Origin: Eledone cirrhosa
Taxonomy: Eukaryota
Direction of reading: 5' to 3'
Assembly: GCA_964016885.1 (NCBI GenBank)
Contig: OZ024743.1
Location: 137,888,001-137,952,000, forward strand
DNA length: 64,000 bases
In this document: positions 46,021-57,964 of the stretch, one piece after another
How positions within the stretch are numbered: the stretch's first letter is position 1
Layout: the number at the start of each line of letters is the position of its first letter
Program-made: the position numbers and the translations under genes
Notes under the pieces: model-generated
The model's input: the letters and a program-made list of their open reading frames with translations, nothing else
What the model was told of the DNA's origin: nothing
The model's database searches: none

Positions 46021-49000
46021 TTTGGTGCTTGGTGCTTGGTGTTTGGTGTTTGGTGTTTCGTGCTTGGTGCTTGGTGTTTGGTGTTTGGTGCTTGGTGTTT
46101 GGTGCTTGGTGCTTTGAGCTTGGTGTTTGGTGCTGGGTGTATGGTGTTTGGTGCTTGGTGCTTGGTGCTTGGTGTTTGGTGTTTGGTGCTTGGTACTTGG
46201 TGTTTGGTGTTTGATGCTTGGTGTTTGATGCTTGTTGCTTGGTGCTTGGTGTTTTGTGTTTGGTGTTTGGTGCTTGGTGTATGTACTTGGTGCTTGGTGC
46301 TTGGTGTTTGGTGCTTGGTGTTTGGTGTTTGGTGCTTGGTGTTTGGTACTTGGTGCTTGGTGCTTGGTGTTTGGTGCTTGGTTCTTGGTGTTTGGTGCTT
46401 GGTGCTTGGTGCTTGGTGTTTGGTGCTTGGTACTTGGTGTTTGGTGCTTGGTGTTTGGTGTTTGGTGCTTGGTGTTTGGTACTTGGTGCTTGGTGCTTGG
46501 TGTTAAGTGTTTGGTGCTTGGTGCTTGGTGTTTGGTGCTTCGTGCTTGGTGCTTGGTGTTTGGTGCATGGTGCTTGGTGTTTGGGGCTTGGTGCCTGGTG
46601 CTTTCTGTTTGGTGCTAGGTGCTTGGTGCTTGGTCTTTGGTGTTTGGTGCTTGGTGCTTGGTGCTTGGTGTTTGGTGCTTGGTGCTTGGTGCTTGGTTAT
46701 TAGTGTTTGGTGCTTGGTGCTTGGGGTTTGGTGTTTGGTGCTTGGTGCTTGGTGTTTGGTGTTTGCTGTATGGTGTTTGCTGTTTCGTGTTTGGTGTTTG
46801 GTGTTTGGTGTTTAATGCTTGGTGCTTGGTGTTTGGTGTTTGGTGTTTGGTGCTTGGTGCTTGGTGTTTGGTGCTTGGGGCTTGGTGCTGGGTGTTTGGT
46901 GCTTGGTGCTTGGTGTTTAGTCCTTGGTGCTTGGTGCTTGGTCTTTGGTGCTTGGGGTTTGGTGTTTGGTGCTTGGTGCTTGGTGTTTGGTGCTTGGTGC
47001 TTGGTGCTTGGTGTTTGGTGTTTGGTGCTTGCTGCTTGGTGCTTGGTGTTTGGTGCTTGGTGCTTGCTGTTTGGTGTTTGGTGTTTGGTGCTTGGTGCTT
47101 GGTGTTTGGTGTTTGGTGTTTGGTGTTTGGTGTTTGGTGCTTGGTGCTTGGTGTTTGGTGCTTGGTGTTTGGTGCTTGGTGTATGTACTTGGTGCTTGGT
47201 GCTTGGTGTTTGGTGCTTGGTTCTTGGTGTTTGGTGCTTGGTGCTTTGTACTTGGTGTTTGGTGCTTGGTGCTTGGTCTTTGGTGCTTGGTGTTTGGTGT
47301 TTGGTGCTTGGTGCTTGGTGTTTGGTGTTTGGTGCCTGGTGCTTGGTGTTTGGTGCTTGGTGCTTGGTGTTTGGTGATTGGTGCTTGGTGCTTGGTGCTT
47401 AGTGCTTGGTGTTTGGTGTTTGGTGCTTGGTGTTTGGTGTTTGATGCTTGGTGCTTGGTGCTTGGTGCTTGGTGCATGGTGTTCTGTGTTTGGTGCTTGG
47501 TGCTTGGTGCTTGTTGTTTGGTGCTTGGTGTTTGGTGATTAGTCTTTGGTGCTTGGTGCTTGGTATTTGGTGTTTCGTGTTTCGTGCTTGGTGTCTAGTG
47601 TTTGGGTTTTGGTGTTTGGTGCTTGGTGCTTAGTGTTTGGTGTTTGGTGCTTGGTGCTTGGTGTTTGGTGTTTGGTGCTTGGTGTTTGGTGCTTGGTGCT
47701 TTGTGCTTAGTGTTTGGTGCTGGGTGTATGGTGTTTGGTGCTTGGTGCTTGGTGCTTGGTGTTTGTTGTTTGGTGCTTGGTACTTGGTGTGTGGTGTTTG
47801 ATGCTTGGTGTTTGATGCTTGTTGCTTGGTGCTTGGTGTTTTGTGTTTGGTGTTTGGTGCTTGGTGTATGTACTTGGTGCTTGGTGCTTGGTGTTTGGTG
47901 CTTGGTTCTTGGTGTTTGGTGCTTGGTGCTTGGTGCTTGGTGTTTGGTGCTTGGTGCTTGGTGTTTGGTGCTTGGTGTTTGGTGTTTGGTGCTTGGTGTT
48001 TGGTACTTGGTGCTTGGTGCTTGGTGTTAAGTGTTTGGTGCTTGGTGCTTGGTGTTTGGTGCTTCGTGCTTGGTGCTTGGTGTTTGGTGCATGGTGCTTG
48101 GTGTTTGGGGCTTGGTGCCTGGTGCTTTGTGTTTGATGCTAGGTGCTTGGTGCTTGGTCTTTGGTGTTTGGTGCTTAGTACTTGGTGCTTGGTGTTTGGT
48201 GCTTGGTGCTTGGTGCTTGGTTATTAGTGTTTGGTGTTTGGTGCTTGGCGCTTGGTGTTTGGTGCTTGGTGCTTGGTGCTTGGTGTTTGGTGTTTGGTGC
48301 TTGCTGCTTGGTGCTTGGTGTTTGGTGCTTGGTGCTTGGTGCTTGGTGTTTGGTGCTTGGTGTTCGGTGCTTGGTGCTTGGTGCTTGGTGCTTGGTGTTA
48401 GGTGTTTGGTGCTTGGTGCTTGGTGTTTGATGTTTGGTCCTTGGTGCTTGGTGTTTGGTGCTTGGTGCTTGGTGTTTGGTGTTTGGTGCTTGCTGCTTGG
48501 TGCTTGGTGCTTGTTGTTTGGTGCTTGGTGCTTGGTCTTTGGTGCTTGGTGTTTGGTGTTTGGTGCTTGGTGCTTGGTGCTTGGTTTTTGGTGCATGGTG
48601 CTTGGTGCTTGGTGTTTGGTGCTTGGTGCTTGGTGCTTGTTGTTTGGTGCTTGGTGCTTGGTCTTTGGTGCTTGGTGTTTGGTGTTTGGGGCTTGGTGCT
48701 TGGTGTTTGGTGCTTGGTGCCTGGTGCTTGGTGTTTGGTGCTTGGTGCTTGGTGTTTGGTGATTGGTGCTTGGTGCTTGGTGCTTAGTGCTTGGTGTTTG
48801 GTGTTTGGTGCTTGGTGTTTGGTGTTTGATGCTTGGTGCTTGGTGCTTGGTGCTTGGTGCATGGTGTTCTGTGTTTGGTGCTTGGTGCTTGGTGCTTGTT
48901 GTTTGGTGCTTGGTGCTTGGTGATTAGTCTTTGGTGCTTGGTGCTTGGTATTTGGTGTTTCGTGTTTCGTGCTTGGTGTCTAGTGTTTGGGTTTTGGTGT

Positions 49001-52000
49001 TTGGTGCTTGGTGCTTAGTGTTTGGTGTTTGGTGCTTGGTGCTTGGTGTTTGGTGTTTGGTGCTTGGTGTTTGGTGCTTGGTGCTTTGTGCTTAGTGTTT
49101 GGTGCTGGGTGTATGGTGTTTGGTGCTTGGTGCTTGGTGCTTGGTGTTTGTTGTTTGGTGCTTGGTACTTGGTGTTTGGTGTTTGATGCTTGGTGTTTGA
49201 TGCTTGTTGCTTGGTGCTTGGTGTTTTGTGTTTGGTGTTTGGTGCTTGGTGTATGTACTTGGTGCTTGGTGCTTGGTGTTTGGTGCTTGGTTCTTGGTGT
49301 TTGGTGCTTGGTGCTTGGTGCTTGGTGTTTGGTGCGTGGTGCTTGGTGTTTGGTGCTTGGTGTTTGGTGTTTGGTGCTTGGTGTTTGGTACTTGGTGCTT
49401 GGTGCTTGGTGTTAAGTTTTTGGTGCTTGGTGCTTGGTGTTTGGTGCTTCGTGCTTGGTGCTTGGTGTTTGGTGCATGGTGCTTGGTGTTTGGGGCTTGG
49501 TGTCTGGTGCTTTGTGTTTGATGCTAGGTGCTTGGTGCTTGGTCTTTGGTGTTTGGTGCTTAGTACTTGGTGCTTGGTGTTTCGTGCTTGGTGCTTGGTG
49601 CTTGGTTATTAGTGTTTGGTGTTTGGTGCTTGGCGCTTGGTGTTTGGTGCTTGGTGCTTGGTGCTTGGTGTTTGGTGTTTGGTGCTTGCTGCTTGGTGCT
49701 TGGTGTTTGGTGCTTGGTGCTTGGTGCTTGGTGTTTGGTGCTTGGTGTTCGGTGCTTGGTGCTTGGTGCTTGGTGCTTGGTGTTAGGTGTTTGGTGCTTG
49801 GTGCTTGGTGCTTGGTGTTTGATGTTTGGTCCTTGGTGCTTGGTGTTTGGTGCTTGGTGCTTGGTGTTTGGTGTTTGGTGCTTGCTGCTTGGTGCTTGGT
49901 GCTTGTTGTTTGGTGCTTGGTGCTTGGTCTTTGGTGCTTGGTGTTTGGTGTTTGGTGCTTGGTGCTTGGTGCTTGGTTTTTGGTGCATGGTGCTTGGTGC
50001 TTGGTGTTTGGTGCTTGGTGCTTGGTGCTTGTTGTTTGGTGCTTGGTGCTTGGTCTTTGGTGCTTGGTGTTTGGTGTTTGGGGCTTGGTGCTTGGTGTTT
50101 GGTGCTTGGTGCCTGGTGCTTGGTGTTTGGTGCTTGGTGCTTGGTGTTTGGTGATTGGTGCTTGGTGCTTGGTGCTTAGTGCTTGGTGTTTGGTGTTTGG
50201 TGCTTGGTGTTTGGTGTTTGATGCTTGGTGCTTGGTGCTTGGTGCTTGGTGCTTGGTGTTCTGTGTTTGGTGCTTGGTGCTTGGTGCTTGTTGTTTGGTG
50301 CTTGGTGCTTGGTGATTAGTCTTTGGTGCTTGGTGCATGGTATTTGGTGTTTGGTGTTTCGTGATTGGGGTCTAGTGTTTGGGTTTTGGTGTTTGGTGCT
50401 TGGTGCTTAGTGTTTGGTGTTTGGTGCTTGGTGCTTGGTGTTTGGTGTTTGGTGTTTGGTGCTTGGTGCTTGGTGCTTTGTGCTTAGTGTTTGGTGCTGG
50501 GTGTATGGTGTTTGGTGCTTGGTGCTTGGTGCTTGGTGTTTGTTGTTTGGTGCTTGGTACTTGGTGTTTGGTGTTTGATGCTTGGTGTTTGATGCTTGTT
50601 GCTTGGTGCTTGGTGTTTTGTGTTTGGTGTTTGGTGCTTGGTGTATGTACTTGGTGCTTGGTGTTTGGTGCTTGGTTCTTGGTGTTTGGTGCTTGGTGCT
50701 TGGTGCTTGGTGTTTGGTGCTTGGTGCTTGGTGTTTGGTGCTTGGTGTTTGGTGTTTGGTGCTTGGTGTTTGGTACTTGGTGCTTGGTGCTTGGTGTTAA
50801 GTGTTTGGTGCTTGGTGTTTGGTGCTTCGTGCTTGGTGCTTGGTGTTTGGTGCATGGTGCTTGTTGTTTGGGGCTTGGTGCCTGGTGCTTTGTGTTTGGT
50901 GCTAGGTGCTTGGTGCTTGGTCTTTGGTGTTTGGTGCTTGGTTCTTGGTGCTTGGTGTTTGGTGCTTGGTGCTTGGTGCTTGGTTATTAGTGTTTGGTGT
51001 TTGGTGCTTGGCGCTTGGTGTTTGGTGCTTGGTGCTTGGTGCTTGGTGTTTGGTGTTTGGTGCTTGCTGCTTGGTGCTTGGTGTTTGGTGCTTGGTGCTT
51101 GGTGCTTGGTGTTTGGTGCTTGGTGCTTGCTGTTTGGTGTTTGGTCTTTGGTGCTTGGTGCTTGGTGTTTGGTGTTTGGTGTTTGGTGTTTGGTGTTTGG
51201 TGCTTGGTGCTTGGTGTTTGGTGCTTGGTGTTTGGTGCTTGGTGTATGTACTTGGTGCTTGGTGCTTGGTGTTTGGTGCTTGGTTCTTGGTGTTTGGTGC
51301 TTGGTGCTTGGTGCTTGGTGTTTGGTGCTTGGTGCTTGGTGTTTGGTACTTGGTGCTTGATGTTTGGTGTTTGGTGTTTGGTGTTTGGTGCTTGGTGCTT
51401 GGTGCTTGGTGTTAAGTGTTTGGTGCTTGGTGCTTCGTGTTTGGTGCTTCGTGCTTGGTGCTTGGTGTTTGGTGCATGGTGCTTGATGTTTGGGGCTTGG
51501 TGCCTGGTGCTTGGTGTTTGGTGCTTGGTGCTTGGTGCTTGGTGTTTGGTGTTTGGTGCTTGGTGCTTGGTGTTTGGTGCTTGGTGTTTGGTGCTTGGTG
51601 TTCGGTGCTTGGTGCTTGGTGCTTGGTACTTGGTGTTAGGTTTTTGGTGCTTGGGGCTTGGTGTTTGGTGTTTGGTGCTTGGTGCTTGGTGTTTGGTGTT
51701 TGGTGCTTGGTGTTTGGTGTTTGGTGCTTTGTGCTTGGTGTTTGGTGCTGGGTGTATGGTGTTTGGTGCTTGGTGCTTGGTGCTTGGTGTTTGGTGTTTG
51801 GTGCTTGGTACTTGGTGTTTGGTGTTTGATGCTTGGTGTATGATGCTTGTTGCTTGGTGCTTGGTGTTTTGTGTTTGGTGTTTGGTGCTTGGTGTATGTA
51901 CTTGGTGCTTGGTGATTGGTGTTTGGTGCTTGGTTCTTGGTTTTTGGTGCTTGGTGCTTGGTGCTTGGTGTTTGGTGCTTGGTGCTTGGTGTTTGGTGCT

Positions 52001-55000
52001 TGGTGTTTGGTGTTTGGTGCTTGGTGTTTGGTACTTGGTGCTTGGTGCTTGGTGTTAAGTGTTTGGTGCTTGGTGCTTGGTGTTTGGTGCTTGGTGCTTG
52101 GTGCTTGGTGTTTGGTGCATGGTGCTTGGTGTTTGGGGCTTGGTGCCTGGTGCTTTGTGTTTGGTGCTAGGTGCTTGGTGCTTGGTCTTTGGTGTTTGGT
52201 GCTTGGTGCTTGGTGCTTGGTGTTTGGTGCTTGGTGCTTGGTGCTTGGTTATTAGTGTTTGGTGCTTGGTGCTTGGGGTTTGGTGTTTGGTGCTTGGTGC
52301 TTGGTGTTTGGTGTTTGCTGTATGGTGTTTGCTGTTTCGTGTTTGGTGTTTGCTGTTTGGTGTTTAATGCTTGGTGCTTGGTGCTTGGTGTTTGGTGCTT
52401 GTTGCTTGGTGCTTGGTGTTTGGCGTTTGCTCTTTGCTGTTTGGTGTTTGGTGCTTGCTGTTTGGTGTTTGGTGTTTGGTGTTTGGTGTTTGGTGCTTGC
52501 TGTTTGGTGCTTGGTGCTTGGTGTTTGGTGTTTGGTGTTTGGTGCTTGGTGCTTGGTGGTTGGTGCTTGGTGCTGGGTGTTTGGTGCTAGGTGCTTGGTG
52601 TTTGGTGCTTGGTGCTTGGTGCTTGGTGCTTGGTCTTTCGTGCTTGGTGTTTGGTGTTTGGTGCTTGGTGCTTGGTGTTTGGAGCTTGGGGCTTGGTGTT
52701 TGGTGCTTGGTGATTGCTGCTTGGTGTTTGGTGTTTGGTGCTTGGTGCTTGGTGCTTGGTGATTAGTGTTTGGTGCTTGGTGCTTGGTGCATTGTGCTTG
52801 GTGCTTGGTGCTTGTTGTTTGGTGCTTGGTGCTTGGTGATTAGTGTTTGGTGCTTGGTGCTTGGTGCCTGGTGCTTGGTGCTTGTTGTTTGGTGCTTGGT
52901 GCTTGGTGATTAGTGTTTGGTGCTTGGTGCTTGGGGCTTGGTGTTTGGTGCTTGGTGCTTGCTGTTTGGTGGTTGCTGTTTAGTGCTTGGTGTTTGGTGC
53001 TTGGTGCTTGGTGCTGGGTGGTTGGTGTTTGGTGCTTGGTGCTTGGTGTTTGGTGCTTGGTGCTTGGTGCTTGTTGTTTGGTGCTTGGTGCTTGGTCTTT
53101 GGTGCTTGGTGTTTGGTGTTTGGTGCTTGGTGCTTGGTGCTTGGTGCTTGGTTTTTGGTGCTTGGTGCTTGGTGCTTGGTGTTTGGTGCTTGGTGCTTGG
53201 TGCTTGTTGTTTGGTGCTTGGTGCTTGGTCTTTGGTGCTTGGTGTTTGGTGTTTGGTGCTTGGTGCTTCGTGTTTGGTGCTTAGTGCCTGGTGCTTGGTG
53301 TTTGGTGCTTGGTGCTTGGTGTTTGCTGATTGGTGCTTGGTGTTTGCTGATTGGTGCTTGGTGCTTGGTGCTTGGTGCTTAGTGCTTGGTGTTTGGTGTT
53401 TGGTGCTTGGTGTTTGGTGTTTGGTGTTTGATGCTTGGTTTTTGCTGCTTGGTGCTTGGTGCTTGGTGCTTGGTGTTCTGTGTTTGGTGCTTGGTGCTTG
53501 GTGCCTGGTGCTTGGTGCTTGGTGCTTGTTGTTTGGTGCTTGGTGCTTGGTGATTAGTCTTTGGTGCTTGGTGCTTGGTGTTTGGTGTTTGGTGTTTCGT
53601 GCTTGGTGCTTGGTGTTTGGTGTTTGGTGCTTGGTGTTTGGTGCTTGGTGCTTTGAGCTTGGTGTTTGGTGCTGGGTGTATGGTGTTTGGTGCTTGGTGC
53701 TTGGTGCTTGGTGTTTGGTGTTTGGTGCTTGGTACTTGGTGTTTGGTGTTTGATGCTTGGTGTTTGATGCTTGTTGCTTGGTGCTTGGTGTTTTGTGTTT
53801 GGTGTTTGGTGCTTGGTGTATGTACTTGGTGTTTGGTGCTTCGTGCTTGGTGCTTGGTGTTTGGTGCATGGTGCTTGGTGTTTGGGGCTTGGTGCCTGGT
53901 GCTTTCTGTTTGGTGCTAGGTGCTTGGTGCTTGGTCTTTGGTGTTTGGTGCTTGGTGCTTGGTGCTTGGTGTTTGGTGCTTGGTGCTTGGTGCTTGGTTA
54001 TTAGTGTTTGGTGCTTGGTGCTTGGGGTTTGGTGTTTGGTGCTTGGTGCTTGGTGTTTGGTGTTTGCTGTATGGTGTTTGCTGTTTCGTGTTTGGTGTTT
54101 GGTGTTTGGTGTTTAATGCTCGGTGCTTGGTGTTTGGTGTTTGATGTTTGGTGCTTGGTGCTTGGTGTTTGGTGCTTGGTGCTTGGTGCTGGGTGTTTGG
54201 TGCTTGGTGCTTGGTGTTTGGTGCTTGGTGCTTGATGCTTGGTGCTTGGTGTTTGGTCCTTGGTGCTTGGTGCTTGGTCTTTGCTGCTTGGGGTTTGGTG
54301 TTTGGTGCTTGGTGCTTGGTGTTTGGTGCTTGGTGCTTGGTGCTTGGTGTTTGGTGTTTGGTGCTTGCTGCTTGGTGCTTGGTGTTTGGTGCTTGGTGCT
54401 TGGTGATTAGTGTTTGGTGCATGGTGCTTGGTGTTTGTTGTTTGGTGCTTGGTGCTTGGTGTTTGGTGCTTGGTGCTTGCTGTTTGGTGTTTGGTGTTTG
54501 GTGCTTGGTGCTTGGTGTTTGGTGTTTGGTGTTTGGTGTTTGGTGTTTGGTGCTTGGTGCTTGGTGTTTGGTGCTTGGTGTTTGGTGCTTGGTGTATGTA
54601 CTTGGTGCTTGGTGCTTGGTGTTTGGTGCTTGGTTCTTGGTGTTTGGTGCTTGGTGCTTTGTACTTGGTGTTTGGTGCTTGGTGCTTGGTCTTTGGTGCT
54701 TGGTGTTTGGTGTTTGGTGCTTGGTGTTTGGTGCTTGGTGCCTGGTGCTTGGTGTTTGGTGCTTGGTGCTTGGTGTTTGGTTATTGGTGCTTGGTGCTTG
54801 GTGCTTAGTGCTTGGTGTTTGGTGTTTGGTGCTTGGTGTTTGGTGTTTGATGCTTGGTGCTTGGTGCTTGGTGCTTGGTGCATGGTGTTCTGTGTTTGGT
54901 GCTTGGTGCTTGGTGCTTGTTGTTTGGTGCTTGGTGCTTGGTGATTAGTCTTTGGTGCTTGGTGCTTGGTATTTGGTGTTTGGTGTTTCGTGCTTGGTGT

Positions 55001-57964
55001 CTAGTGTTTGGGTTTTGGTGTTTGGTGCTTGGTGCTTAGTGTTTGGTGTTTGGTGCTTGGTGCTTGGTGTTTGGTGTTTGGTGCTTGGTGTTTGGTGCTT
55101 GGTGCTTTGTGCTTAGTGTTTGGTGCTGGGTGTATGGTGTTTGGTGCTTGGTGCTTGGTGCTTGGTGTTTGTTGTTTGGTGCTTGGTACTTGGTGTTTGG
55201 TGTTTGATGCTTGGTGTTTGATGCTTGTTGCTTGGTGCTTGGTGTTTTGTGTTTGGTGTTTGGTGCTTGGTGTATGTACTTGGTGCTTGGTGCTTGGTGT
55301 TTGGTGCTTGGTTCTTGGTGTTTGGTGCTTGGTGCTTGGTGCTTGGTGTTTGGTGCTTGGTGCTTGGTGTTTGGTGCTTGGTGTTTGGTGTTTGGTGCTT
55401 GGTGTTTGGTACTTGGTGCTTGGTGCTTGGTGTTAAGTGTTTGGTGCTTGGTGCTTGGTGTTTGGTGCTTCGTGCTTGGTGCTTGGTGTTTGGTGCATGG
55501 TGCTTGGTGTTTGGTGCTAGGTGCTTGGTGCTTGGTCTTTGGTGTTTGGTGCTTAGTACTTGGTGCTTGGTGTTTGGTGCTTGGTGCTTGGTGCTTGGTT
55601 ATTAGTGTTTGGTGTTTGGTGCTTGGCGCTTGGTGTTTGGTGCTTGGTGCTTGGTGCTTGGTGTTTGGTGTTTGGTGCTTGCTGCTTGGTGCTTGGTGTT
55701 TGGTGCTTGGTGCTTGGTGCTTGGTGTTTGGTGCTTGGTGCTTGCTGTTTGGTGTTTGGTGTTTGGTGCTTGGTGCTTGGTGTTTGGTGTTTGGTGTTTG
55801 GTGTTTGGTGTTTGGTGCTTGGTGCTTGGTGTTTGGTGCTTGGTGTTTGGTGCTTGGTGTATGTACTTGGTGCTTGGTGCTTGGTGTTTGGTGCTTGGTT
55901 CTTGGTGTTTGGTGCTTGGTGCTTGGTGCTTGGTGTTTGGTGCTTGGTGCTTGGTGTTTGGTACTTGGTGCTTGGTGTTTGGTGTTTGGTGCTTGGTGTT
56001 TGGTGCTTGGTGCTTGGTGCTTGGTGTTAAGTGTTTGGTGCTTGGTGCTTCGTGTTTGGTGCTTCGTGCTTGGTGCTTGGTGTTTGGTGCATGGTGCTTG
56101 ATGTTTGGGGCTTGGTGCCTGGTGCTTGGTGTTTGGTGCTTGGTCTTTGGTGGTTGGTGTTTGGTGTTTGGTGCTTGGTGCTTGGTGTTTGGTGCTTGGT
56201 GTTTGGTGCTTGGTGTTCGGTGCTTGGTGCTTGGTGCTTGGTACTTGGTGTTAGGTTTTTGGTGCTTGGGGCTTGGTGTTTGGTGTTTGGTGCTTGGTGC
56301 TTGGTGTTTGGTGTTTGGTGCTTGGTGTTTGGTGTTTGGTGCTTTGTGCTTGGTGTTTGGTGCTGGGTGTATGGTGTTTGGTGCTTGGTGCTTGGTGCTT
56401 GGTGTTTGGTGTTTGGTGCTTGGTACTTGGTGTTTGGTGTTTGATGCTTGGTGTTTGATGCTTGTTGCTTGGTGCTTGGTGTTTTGTGTTTGGTGTTTGG
56501 TGCTTGGTGTATGTACTTGGTGCTTGGTGCTTGGTGTTCGGTGCTTGGTTCTTGGTGTTTGGTGCTTGGTGCTTGGTGCTTGGTGTTTGGTGCTTGGTGC
56601 TTGGTGTTTGGTGCTTGGTGTTTGGTGTTTGGTGCTTGGTGTTTGGTACTTGGTGCTTGGTGCTTGGTGTTAAGTGTTTGGTGCTTGGTGCTTGGTGTTT
56701 GGTGCTTCGTGCTTGGTGCTTGGTGTTTGGTGCATGGTGCTTGGTGTTTGGGGCTTGGTGCCTGGGGCTTTGTGTTTGGTGCTAGGTGCTTGGTGCTTGG
56801 TCTTTGGTGTTTGGTGCTTGGTGCTTGGTGCTTGGTGTTTGGTGCTTGGTGCTTGGTGCTTGGTTATTAGTGTTTGGTGCTTGGTGCTTGGGGTTTGGTG
56901 TTTGGTGCTTGGTGCTTGGTGTTTGGTGTTTGCTGTATGGTGTTTGCTGTTTCGTGGTTGGTGTTTGCTGTTTGGTGTTTAATGCTTGGTGCTTGGTGCT
57001 TGGTGTTTGGTGCTTGGTGCTTGGTGCTTGGTGTTTGGCGTTTGCTCTTTGCTGTTTGGTGTTTGGTGCTTGCTGTTTGGTGTTTGGTGTTTGGTGTTTG
57101 GTGTTTGGTGCTTGCTGTTTGGTGCTTGGTGCTTGGTGTTTGGTGTTTGGTGTTTGGTGCTTGGTGCTTGGTGTTTGGTGGTTGGTGCTTGGTGCTGGGT
57201 GTTTGGTGCTAGGTGCTTGGTGTTTGGTGCTTGGTGCTTGGTGCTTGGTGCTTGGTCTTTGGTGCTTGGTGTTTGGTGCTTGATGCTTGGTGCTTGGTGT
57301 TTGGTGCTTGGGGCTTGTTGTTTGGTGCTTGGTGCTTGGTGATTAGTGTTTGGTGCTTGGTGCTTGGTGCCTGGTGCTTGGTGCTTGTTGTTTGGTGCTT
57401 GGTGCTTGGTGATTAGTGTTTGGTGCTTGGTGCTTGGGGCTTGGTGTTTGGTGCTTGGTGCTTGGTGCTTGCTGTTTGGTGGTTGCTGTTTGGTGCTTGG
57501 TGTTTGGTGCTTGGTGCTTGGTGCTTGGTTTTTGGTGCTTGGTGCTTGGTGCTTGGTGTTTGGTGCTTGGTGCTTGGTGCTTGTTGTTTGGTGCTTGGTG
57601 CTTGGTCTTTGCTGCTTGGTGTTTGGTGTTTGGTGCTTGGTGCTTGGTGTTTGGTGCTTGGTGCCTGGTGCTTGGTGTTTGGTGCTTGGTGCTTGGTGTT
57701 TGCTGATTGGTGCTTGGTGCTTGGTGCTTGGTGCTTAGTGCTTGGTGTTTGGTGTTTGGTGCTTGGTGTTTGGTGTTTGGTGTTTGATGCTTGGTTTTTG
57801 CTGCTTGGTGCTTGGTGCTTGGTGCTTGGTGTTCTGTGTTTGGTGCTTGGTGCTTGGTGCCTGGTGCTTGTTGCTTGGTGCTTGTTGTTTGGTGCTTGGT
57901 GCTTGGTGATTAGTCTTTGGTGCTTGGTGCTTGGTGTTTGGTGTTTGGTGTTTCGTGCTTGGTG
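46021..57964 (+). repeat. Copy 2 of the 11,944-bp tandem duplication
   Basis: TATGTA markers map at +11944 (for example 34336/46280, 35238/47182, 44566/56510). The match ends at 57964-57965, where TCTAGTG follows instead of TTTGGTG. Confidence 0.95.
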
